From NCBI RefSeq assembly GCF_006345805.1, contig NW_021836206.1, positions 1 through 25,062 of the forward strand: a DNA stretch of 25,062 bases. Direction: 5' to 3'. Position numbers and translations under genes: made by a program. Below, piece after piece: positions 9,716 through 20,269 of the stretch; position 1 is the stretch's first letter, and every line of letters begins with the position of its first letter. Origin of the DNA: Octopus sinensis (lineage: Eukaryota). The notes beneath the pieces are model-generated. The model made no database searches. It was given only the letters and a program-made list of their open reading frames with translations, and was not told the DNA's origin.

Positions 9716-9977
9716 CGTATCGGCGTTGTCGTCGTCAACTTCCTCATCGAAAACAGCGATTTCAGGAGATAAGCGCATTACAGGTGAGTGACTGGTTTGA
9801 AATGATACGTTTTCGTATCGATGTTGCTGCTGCTGCTGATGTTATTGTTGTTTATATTGTTGATGATGATGCTTAGGCCAACATAATCTCTAATGGTACA
9901 TAACTACAATTAAGAAAAAATCGTTCCATACATGTCCATCACAAAATGTACTTTTAAAACATATATATATGTAATCT

Positions 9978-10288
9978 GGAGGCGAAATGGCCCAGTGGTT
10001 AGGGCAGCGAACTCGCGGTTGTAGGATCGCGGTTTCGATTCACAGACCGGGCGTTGTGAGCGTTTATTGAGCGAAAACACCTAAAGTTCCACGAGGCACC
10101 GGCACGGGGTGGCGGTGATCCCTGCTGTACTCTTTCGCCACAACTTTCTCCCACTCTTTCTTCTGTTGGCCTGCTCGCTTAGCCAGCGGGGTGGCGTCAC
10201 TTGATGGTTAAAACAATGCAAAGCGCATTGTGACCAGCGATGTGTAGCAACATCTGATAACCTGTTCGGTCACGGTGATCACGGTGAT
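9978..10288 (+). mobile_element. tRNA-derived SINE, family C, full length with probable 11-bp TSD
   Basis: Box A TGGCCCAGTGG and box B-like GGTTTCGATTC in a tRNA-like head, a (CACGGTGAT)2 tail, and flanks ATATGTAATCT (9967-9977) / ATATGTATTCT (10289-10299). There is no closing acceptor stem, so it is not a tRNA gene. Confidence 0.8.
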
Positions 10289-10734
10289 ATATGTATTCTA
10301 ATTTTTTATCGCGTAATTCAATAACGATTTGGGCCTATGTTTTTCTTTGAGCACATCACAAACTTTCAGACATTGTTTTTACCGGGAGTACAACATATTT
10401 TCTAACGTAAGTATCCAGGAGAGCTGTCCGTACTTCGATTTCAACAACCGTTCTGAAAATTGAACAGGAAAAAATACCGATTCAGCGACTGGTTTTGTAT
10501 TTTTGAAGACGTAAGCACGTCTATCGTTTATGAACAAGTCTACACTAGAAAAAATCTCGGAGTAAGTCTCGTGTAAGAAAGCGAGACAAATAAATAGAGA
10601 AAACAAATGAATTTATTTCATTTGTTTTAGAGGTTGCACTTTCGAAGAATTCGCCAGACCCGAACTAAATGCATCAAAGCATTTAATGGTTTCAAGGTGT
10701 CTACTCTCCGTATTTTTGTTTGGACAGAATGAAA

Positions 10735-10895
10735 CTTTATATACGTAAACAGATACGTACAAACATATGCGTGCGTATATGTTTGTATGTATGTATGTGT
10801 GTATATATATATATATATATACATACACACACAACTATGAATACGAGTAGGTATATAACTTTATATATAAATATATATATATAGGTGTATATATG

Positions 10896-10950
<55 letters not shown>

Positions 10951-10953
10951 GAC

Positions 10954-10984
<31 letters not shown>

Positions 10985-11191
10985 AATATCCATACATGTA
11001 TATGAATAGAGATATGTACATAAAAATGCGTATATATATACATATATATATATATATGTATGTATATATATATATATGTATGTATGTGTGTGTGTGTGTT
11101 GTGTACGGATGTATGAATGAATTATAAATATATATGTATGTGTATATACATATAACACACACATGTACACACACATACATATACAAACATG

Positions 11192-11258
<67 letters not shown>

Positions 11259-11290
11259 ACATACTGTATTTATACACATACAGGCACGGA
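10735..11290. repeat. Compound (TA)n/(TATG)n/(CA)n microsatellite block
   Basis: Directly visible. Confidence 0.95.
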
Positions 11291-11469
11291 TTGAAACACA
11301 CACACACAAACGAAAGCCCATATACACACAGACGAAACCACAGATGGACGATGGACTGAAAGAATTCCTCCACAACACAAATTGGCAATGTGCCAACGAA
11401 GGAATTTTATGATATTGCCATTATTGTTTATATTGTTGCGTACATGAATGAAAACACTGATCTCACTTA

Positions 11470-11581
11470 TCATATACATATGTATATATACATATATACA
11501 TACATACATACATACATATATATATATAATATATATATATTATATATATAATATAGAGAGAGAGAGAGAGAGAGAGTAATG

Positions 11582-11625
<44 letters not shown>

Positions 11626-11642
11626 GCAAGCACACACACATT

Positions 11643-11677
<35 letters not shown>

Positions 11678-11720
11678 GCTTGTATGTATATATACATACA
11701 TGTATATATAAGTATATTTA
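11470..11720. repeat. Compound (TACA)n/(TA)n/(AG)n block
   Basis: Directly visible. Confidence 0.9.
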
Positions 11721-12364
11721 TATAATTTTTTTTGTTGTTGTTCGGTTATCTTTTCTTCATTTAATTAACAATCGAAATTACGTGAAAATTTAATCAGATT
11801 ATCTCTTCAAAAATTTCTGCTTAGCCAAACAAACAATGTGTTGTTGATAAAGTTGATTAAAAACAAAGGTTTCTCATCTGTGCTTTTGTTATAATTTTCC
11901 ATTGTGTATACTTAACCAATCAATAAAGCTTACAGTAATTAACGAATAAATATATATATAAAAAAAACTAGCCTTTGTTGTTATTTTTAAAATTATCATC
12001 ACCATCATTATTAATATTATTATTATTATTAGTAGTAGTAGTAGTGGTGGTGTCAGGCGCTTACCACCCTCTACCAAGCGGATAAAACGGTCAAGGGAAT
12101 TTGTACTATAGCAATAATATAGATAAAGGGCTAATGGTGAGGAACAACGAAGACATCCTTTGGGAGGTACTTGGCGTCGTCGAAGGCAAAGTGTTTGGTC
12201 TCTTCCAAATGAATTTCTGGTCGGAGTCTATCATAGATTTATTCTAAAATTCCTCGGCCTGCCATTTTCTTCACATGAGCTTTCCCAGTTCGACTTAATG
12301 CGTCGCAAACAGAAATGTGTGACCGAGGGTGAGTCCCAGATGCGTGCATAATATTTTTTTTTAA

Positions 12365-12929
12365 TTCTTTATTCTCCACAATAAGCTAAACATAGAGGGG
12401 ATAAATATGACAGACAAGTGTTCAACTAGTACTTATTTAATCGACCCCGAAAGGATGAAAGGCAAAGTCGACCTCGGCGGAATTTGAACTCAACGTAACG
12501 GCAGACGAAATACCTATTTCTTTACTACCCACAAGGGGCTAAACAAAGAGAGGACAAACAAGGATATACAAACGGATTAAATCGATTACATCGACCCCAG
12601 TGCTTAACTGATACTTATTTAATCGACCCCGAAAGGATGAAACGTAAAGTCGACTTTGGCGGAATTTGAACTCAGAACGTAACGGCAGACGAATTACCTA
12701 TTCCTTTACTACCCACAAGGGGCTAAACACAGAGGGGACAAACAAGGACATACAAACGGATTAAATCGATTACATCGAACCCTGTGCGTAAATGGTACTT
12801 AATTTATCGACCCCGGAAGAATGAAATGCAAAGTCGACCTCGGCGGAATTTGAACTCAGAACGTAACGGCAGACAAAATACGGCTACGCATTTCGCCCGG
12901 CATGCTAACGTTTCTGCCAGCTCGCCGCC
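12365..12929 (-). mobile_element. Three-unit multimeric SINE (family A)
   Basis: Units at about 12365-12513 (internally deleted), 12514-12697 and 12698-12929 (full head). Same junction type as the 6.3-7.1 kb array. No clear TSD. Confidence 0.9.
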
Positions 12930-13229
12930 TTAGAGCCTTTGTAGATACCGTATTGTTCGTAGTATAAGCATAATCACCGATATGATTCGCCCTTTCAAAG
13001 ATAACTGCAAACATCGGTTTAAAATTTTCATACCTAATCATAACAATCTATTTTCAAATATCGATTATCTGCGTGGAAAAGGTGTTTCCATGGCGAACTC
13101 GTTTGAGAACCGGATGAGGATGATTTCTGGATATCTTCCAGATTTCCAGGCTCACAGCTCAAATTCTGCCCAAATAAACTCTGACTTACAACTTTCCAGG
13201 TCAACAGACACAAAATTCTTCTTGTCGTT

Positions 13230-13515
13230 ATTCTCCTCATCATCATCTTCCTTCTTTTCTACCTTTTTCTACCCCCTCCTCCTTCCTCTTCCTTCTTCCT
13301 CTCCTCCTACCTCCTCTTATTCTTCCTTTCTTACTCCCCTCCTCCGCCTTCCTTTTCGTCTTCTTCATCTTCTTCTTCTTCTTCATTTTACCTCCTCTTT
13401 TTTATCTCTTTCTCCGCCTTCGTGTCCTTCTTCATTTTCCTCCTCTTCTCCTTCCCCATCTCCCCACCTTCCCCTTCTTTTCCTCTTGCTCCTCTTCCGC
13501 CTTCCTCTTCTTCTT
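13230..13515. repeat. Polypyrimidine (CTT/CCT) low-complexity tract
   Basis: Directly visible. Confidence 0.9.
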
Positions 13516-13602
13516 GTGTGTGTTTGCGTGTCTGTGTTTATCGTCCCACCATCGCTTGACAACCGGTGTTGGCGTCTTTACGTTCCCGTAACTTAGCGGT
13601 TC
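13516..13602 (+). mobile_element. SINE family B tail fragment
   Basis: ccatcgcttgacaaccggtgttggcgtctttacgttcccgtaacttagcggttc matches about 5280-5335. Confidence 0.8.
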
Positions 13603-13661
13603 CTCTAAAATTCCAGATCTCGTGCCTCTAGTGGAAAGGCTTATTATTATTATTTGCTTTT

Positions 13662-13693
13662 GTAGCAGTAGCAGTAGAAGTAGTAGTAGTAGC

Positions 13694-13748
<55 letters not shown>

Positions 13749-13794
13749 ATAGTGGAGGAGGAAGAGGAAGAGTAAAGGAGGAAGAGGAGGAGGA

Positions 13795-13841
<47 letters not shown>

Positions 13842-13855
13842 TAATAATAATAATA
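13662..13855. repeat. (AGT)n, then (GGA/GAA), then (AAT)n trinucleotide arrays
   Basis: Directly visible. Confidence 0.95.
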
Positions 13856-14054
13856 TCACACGTATTGAGAAGAGCATTGTCGATGTGAGAACTGTTGCTG
13901 CTCATGTATTTTAATTTAACTTAAAAAAAAAAAAAAATGAACGAACTACTGAGTTTGGTTTAATGGCCTACCAATGTATACTATGAGTTTTTTTGCCCTA
14001 GGAGTCGGGAAGACACTCGGCAAGAAATGGAAGCAAATTTGAAAGAAGAAAAAA

Positions 14055-14106
14055 AAAGTAATAATAATATAATAATAATAATAATAAATAATAATAATAA
14101 TAATAA

Positions 14107-14137
<31 letters not shown>

Positions 14138-14187
14138 AAGAAGAAGAAGAAGAAGAAGAAGAAGAAGAAGAAGAAGAAGAAGAAGAA
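14055..14187. repeat. (AAT)n fused to a pure (AAG)n of about 26 units (14108-14187)
   Basis: Directly visible. Confidence 0.95.
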
Positions 14188-15154
14188 TATATTCCTAAAT
14201 AATAGGGCTGGTACTTTATTTCTCAATTCTAAAATGCAGAATGAAACATTGAGGGATTTTTAACTCACAGACCAAAATATCGGAACAAATCACACAAGTC
14301 ATCTTGTCCCCACCGCCCTGACTCTTCTACCACCCACTGCTCATATTTTATGTCGTAATTTGAATAAAACCTGACTAATAATTCTTACTGGTTCGGTAAC
14401 CATTCCTACTGCCGTTGAGTTAATCAACAACGATGTGTCTGCCTGCCTGTATGTCTGTATGTCTGTCTTATCTACCAATATGAATTCTTGTATCAATACA
14501 CGAAGCCATTTATTATTAGTACTATAGAATCGCAAGAGACTTCAGCTCTATTTTCGGATATGCCACGTGACTGACAGCGGAATCTATTAATTCCTTTCAC
14601 TGCAAATAGCCTTTAGCAATGTGAAAAATATTTATTTTGTTAATATCCTTTCATTCTGGCAATACTTCTTTGCAGTATTTTTTTTTTTTGCTTTTCCTTC
14701 ATCATTTCCTTCCTTTCTTTCACTCCTTTCTCCTTATTGTTTTTATTTTATTTTTGTTTTTCGTTCCTTCGTTTCTTTCTGAAGAAACCTGAAGAAGCTC
14801 AGGAACGAACGGTGTCAATTGTCTAAACTAAAACATTGTTTACCCAACCTAAAAAAACAATTTTTATCTAAAATTTATGTCGTGCCAAGGAAAATACTTC
14901 TGTGCTGTCACCAGTCAGAACAGAAACAACAGCCAAGTCCTCGTCGACACCCAACAATTTGCATTTAATAAAGTAGTCTCCGCCATCATCTAAAATAACC
15001 GAATGGTAACAGCAAATATTTTTCTTTCTTCGTGGTTAGTGCAGGCTTAAAAATAAGAACCAGTTAATCACTGGGGGTCGAGATGATCGATTTATCCTTC
15101 TCCCGAAATTGCTGGGCTTCTGTCAAAGTTTGAAATTAATACTTTAAAAGAGGT

Positions 15155-15394
15155 GGTCATGGTTGGATTATATTCAATCCTTTGCTGTATCAGAGGATGT
15201 GTGGATAACCAACAATATATATAAAAATGAGCATTTAGACGATGATAAACAATTAAACAAAAGTGAGGGTCATGGTTGGATTATATTCAATCCTTTGCTG
15301 TATCAGAGGATGTGTGGATAACCAACAATATATATAAAAATGAGCATTTAGATGATGATAGACAATTAAACAAACGCGGGGGCCACGGTTGGGA
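15155..15394. repeat. 113-bp tandem repeat, two units plus the start of a third
   Basis: ggtcatggttggattatattcaatcc... starts at 15155 and 15268. A diverged ggccacggttggga starts at 15381. Confidence 0.9.
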
Positions 15395-16321
15395 TACCAT
15401 CCTTCAGAGAAAATTTCGATATTACATTGTTGTGTTACTTTACGTTCAGATTTCTAATCACGCCGGCGTTTGTTTAATATTTCCTCCCTTCTAGGGTCGA
15501 TAAAATATCTGAGCAACATCGAAGAACGCAGTCGACTAAATTCGATTACAGCCTCTTCCCTTCCCTTAAAATGTACGACTGTGTACCTAAGTTTCAAATC
15601 GATACGTATATAGCTACATGTGTTCATTTTAAATGCCTGACAATCGTTATTGATTATAAATCGGCTTTTAGTCTAGAAAGCAAATAACTCGTTTGTTTGT
15701 TTGTTCATGTCTTTCGTTTTTTCTTTTTACATTTCGAGGTTTTTACTTTTGTTTTTATTATTATTATTTTTTTTTTCTTCAAGAAAATAATCTATCTTCA
15801 GAACGGAAAAAGAAAAAAAAGACAACGGTTTCCACTTAATATAAGGTGAGGAGATTACACAGATTCAGAAAGAGGGCAAATGCACACATTTCGTTTTCAT
15901 TTTCATATAGACAGGAATGTTTAAATCTGAAAGTGAATTTGAGGCAGCGACGAGAGCATGGCGGTGTGGTGGGGGAGGTTTTTTATCTTCGAAACGGTTT
16001 AGATTCGAAATAGAATATAGGAAAATGTTTATAATGTTTGCTTAGAAAATTCGTATATCAGGGTTCCAGTTTGATTCCGATTGCACCAAAATGAAATTCC
16101 TACATCCGTTTCTTTGTGCAGCCTCTTGTTTCTGAAAAGAGCATGAGGGTAGCGCCCTCGGGTACCTCCTCTATAGGGTCCTACCAGAAGCAACTGTAAT
16201 CTCCCTTTTCGGCGAAGATTCACATTAGTGACCAACTGTGATTGACAATATTATCCAAGGATATCGTTCTTGGTCTACCCGTTGCTTTTGACTACTGGTT
16301 GACTTGTTTCAGCATCTAAAG

Positions 16322-16356
<35 letters not shown>

Positions 16357-16464
16357 TAAAAATAAAAGAAAATGGAGATTAAAAAGTCAATAACTGTTTA
16401 TCATAAACAACAAATTGCAAATTGCTCGTCTTCGCTTCTTACAACCGTTTCGATTGATACTCAA

Positions 16465-16496
16465 AAATTTAATGTACAAATTTGTACATTAAATTT
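16465..16496. repeat. 32-bp perfect palindrome AAATTTAATGTACAAATTTGTACATTAAATTT
   Basis: Checked base by base: 16 consecutive complementary pairs with no spacer. Confidence 0.95.
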
Positions 16497-17189
16497 ACAT
16501 TTATGTGACATGAGTATAATTTCGTCAGACGAAAAAAAAACCTAAAAAGAAGCCCGTCATATATATATAAACAGCAGTTTACAATGTTTCATCAGAAAGA
16601 TTTACAAACGTCACTAAATGTCATAATCGGCAACATTTCGGACGATTATGCTCCCTGTTAGTGTATATGCTTCCATTCATGTCCGTTAAGGACAGTATCA
16701 GAGCGGTTTAGCTCTTATTTCTTGCAATGTAGATGTTTCCTAACACCCTAGCAACGTTGAATAACATATGTAATTATATATACATGCGTGTGTACGCGTG
16801 TGTATGTTTGTGTATATCTACGTTTTCGATTACATATGAATGTGTAAGTATGTCTGATTAAGTGTGTACAGACGTTACAATGGTCTTCTGACGGCCAGTT
16901 GCTTAATTTATAACATCGTAGATAGATATCGTTTGTTCTTGATTTTGCCTTCGATGCAAATTTTCACTTTACACTCAATTACCTATCTTCGTTATCCGTT
17001 CTCTACATCTATGCGTATGTATCTATAGTGGAGCTCCACAAATGCGTATAGGACTATATACTGAGGCTGGTTTTTTCTTTTCTTGTTTTGTAATCTTCAG
17101 CAAATTTACTTCCTAAATCAATTCTTCTCATATTGTGCCTCGCACCAATGCATGTGGGTATGTGTGCTTGTAGTCCTGTTTATGCGTCC

Positions 17190-17198
17190 GACAGCGGC

Positions 17199-17293
<95 letters not shown>

Positions 17294-17680
17294 TGTGTGT
17301 GTGTATATATATATATATACATATACATATATGTGTGGGGGGGTGTATTCATGCTTACGTGGCGCTTGTTTGTGTATTTATATACGCATATATAATTACA
17401 TAGATATATTCCCACTGCAATACATGCACTCGTACACATATATGCAAATCCACACACGCGCACACGGGAATATATATATATATATATATACATAAATATA
17501 CATGCATATATATATGTGTGAGTATCTGTAAAGAGGAATATATATATATGTAGACACACACATGCACATAAATGTGTGTGTATGTGTACACACCTCCACA
17601 CACCCACGCACATATATTTCACACATGCATTCACATGCACACACACACACACACACACCACACACACACACACACAGACG
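17190..17680. repeat. Compound (TA)n-(TG)n ... (CA)n block
   Basis: Directly visible. Confidence 0.95.
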
Positions 17681-18040
17681 CACGGTAGTATCGGACATTG
17701 GAAAGTACTTGTCTTTCCACAAAAATTCTCCAAATTACTATAATTAAATATTACAATTTTCTCTTCGTCTTTCCCGTCGTCTGATTATTTAGTTGGTTGG
17801 TAAAAATTGTTATGATTTTATTTCAAACATAATGCAGTAATTAAATAAATTTTAAAGTTAATGTAGAGAATAATGACGGAAAGTAAAAAGAGAAAACAAG
17901 TAAAAAAAAACACGATTCTAAATGTTAAAAAAAAAAAATATGTAAAATAATTTCATGCAGTACTTATTATTTAATTACCCGTCAATTTCATTTCAAAATG
18001 GCGTAGGTAGCGAATCGATCAAGTTCATAGAGTTTATGCA

Positions 18041-18652
18041 TTATTACGTCCGCCTCAGCGAAGTCGGAGGTATTGTTTTTTCAGTCGCGTTTGTTTGTTT
18101 GTTTGTTTGTCCTTGGACAAGATATCACAAAAACCGCTGAATGGATTCGGATGAAATTTTCAGGGATGTTTGGCCTCGTGTCTGGCAAGAACTGATTAGA
18201 CCAGTGGTTTTCAACCTTGGTTCCGCGGAACGTTAGGGTTCCGCCGGTACAGTCCAGGGGTTCCGCAAGAAGTTACAAAACTGCTAAAATCGGCAGTAAT
18301 TTTTAAATTCTCCTGTGCAGATACGTGTGCATAAGACTATTAAATCATTGCACACGGGTTCCTCGAGCCAGTGGAATGTTTCTTCGGGGGTTCCGCTCCA
18401 GCAAAAAGGTTGAAAAGCACTGGATTAGACTGTGGGATCGATCTGGTAAAGGACGAAAATTCTGGATTATTTTTCGGTTTTTTCTTTTTTTTAATGTTTG
18501 AGAGCTGACGGGTTCATTTCTAGTATTGTCTTTCGTGAAAGCAGTCGAATTTATTTCAGATATTCTAATTTTTAAAGTCATCTCTGGATAATCGTTGAGA
18601 GGACGTGGGTGTTGCCGCGGCGGAGGTTTGCGTTCTCTGAGTGCTCTTGTTT
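18041..18652 (+). mobile_element. Non-autonomous Helentron/HINE (DINE-1-like) element interrupted by a hAT MITE
   Basis: Subterminal inverted repeat acgtccgcc (18046-18054) / ggcggaggt (18619-18627), short 5' hairpin TCCG..CGGA, internal (GTTT)n, 3' hairpin GCGTTC-TCT-GAGTGC (18630-18644), T-rich ends. Confidence 0.65.
18202..18422. mobile_element. hAT (Charlie/Buster-type) MITE, 221 bp, 8-bp TSD GATTAGAC
   Basis: TIRs CAGTGGTTTTCAACCTT / AAGGTTGAAAAGCACTG (1 mismatch in 17). Perfect TSD at 18194-18201 and 18423-18430 with central TA. Multiple internal GGTTCC subterminal motifs. Confidence 0.92.
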
Positions 18653-19026
18653 TTTGTTATTCTTAGCAATTAATCATCGTAAATGTACGTCAATAGATAT
18701 TGTAAGACTTTTATTCTTGTCCTCCTCATAGTTGTTGTATGGTCAGTTACATATCGGGCAGAACTTTCAAGGATATTTGGTCATATATAGTGACCAAAAG
18801 ACATGGGCTGATACTGATTTTGTCGATTTTATTAAGGGAATTGGTAAGGGTTTCTTAAGTCTCATATTTTTTAAGAAAGTTGCCTTCCTCCATAGAGTAA
18901 ATACGAAAATATGTTTCCAGAAAATGGCAACCATGTGCATTGCCAAAATTTGACAAATATACGTACAAATTCATGAAAGGAAACACTACTTCATAATATA
19001 CATATATGCATATATGTATATGTAGA

Positions 19027-19027
19027 C

Positions 19028-19090
<63 letters not shown>

Positions 19091-19114
19091 AAGATAGATA
19101 GATAGATAGATAGA
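19027..19114. repeat. (GATA)n tetranucleotide microsatellite
   Basis: Directly visible. Confidence 0.95.
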
Positions 19115-19136
19115 TTTCGTCCGAATATATATATAT

Positions 19137-19293
19137 ACGACCGGCTTCTTTCAGTTTCCGCCTACCAAATCCACTCAAAAGGCTTTGGTCTGCTCGTGGC
19201 CATAGCATAAGACACGTGCCTAACATGCCATGCAGCGGAATTTGAACTCGAAAACATGTGGCTGCGAAGTAAGCTTCTTACCACACAGCCACT
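19137..19293 (-). mobile_element. SINE family B head (diverged)
   Basis: cttctttcagtttccgcctaccaaatccactc...cttaccacacagccact is the reverse complement of the family B head. Confidence 0.85.
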
Positions 19294-20269
19294 ACTGGAT
19301 TTCCTTCTTTTCATATTTTTTGGCATTTTATTACAAATTGGAAGACGTAATTCTGAGTTTCGAAGGTTATAGCAAGAAACAAGAAACTGTTCTACAAGAT
19401 AAAAAAAAACGCCGGAAATATATAACAAGTTGACCAATTTTTTCACGAAATAAAATTAGAAAACCCGCCCCCGATTATCACCTTGAATATAAATCACGGA
19501 CGAAAGTCATTTTCTTATTTGCTTCTATAATTTAAGAAAGGGGAAAGACGGGAAAGTGTAGGGGGGGGGTGATGCCAAACCAGTTTGAGATGCTGTACCT
19601 GAAACGAAACTGGATCAATAAACCGCATGAACCGCGAATTGATTATGCAAATATATTTAAATTATTGTAAACGAAATGTGAAGCAAGCGTGTACAAATTA
19701 GTTTTGGATAGGAAACACCACATGTCTTTGTAATTCTACAATAACAAGAAAAAAACCTGTGTACAACATCCAAAATACAAGCGGAACATTTACGTCATAA
19801 GATAAATTATAATCGGTTTTATCCAAATATAATTAGAAATGAAATGAAATTTGAATAATGTATACCGAGATTAAAATCTGTCTATATTCTGCGTGAGCGT
19901 GGTAGAACAGAGGAATAAGAACAGCGTAAACAAATAGCAGAGATTTAAGCAATATCTTACTTTCATGCTGGAATGAATTACGTTTTGGAAATCTTATTAA
20001 TTTTCGGATTGTTTACGATTCCAAGAAAGGATTTCCTGAATCATTTATATCTAATTCACACATACCAAGCTTCATAACATTTCCATAACTTTTCCATCTT
20101 CTCCGCTGTTCTTTGTTTTCCTATCAGGTTCTGTTATTAGCTTCTATGATGATTGTTAAGTTATCTGAAACGTATAAACCCTGTTAGACAGTCTCTCGCC
20201 GCAAATTCAAATTATTATCACGCGTATCAACATCACGTTCCGGCACAGTTGGTCCGGGGCCTCTTTTAA

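Noticed and set aside
9978-10060. tRNA gene
   Set aside because: Boxes A and B are present, but there is no closing acceptor stem or canonical anticodon arm. It continues into a SINE body with a TSD.
14780-14815. CTGAAGA...GAACGGTGTC as a hammerhead
   Set aside because: It has GAAC instead of GAAA, and there is no consistent stem I or stem II register.
16029-16235. Minus-strand 68-aa ORF in unique sequence
   Set aside because: No recognisable motif and no supporting splice signals.
16520-16534. TTTCGTC-A-GACGAAA palindrome
   Set aside because: It lies within a decayed family B SINE head fragment and is short enough to be incidental.
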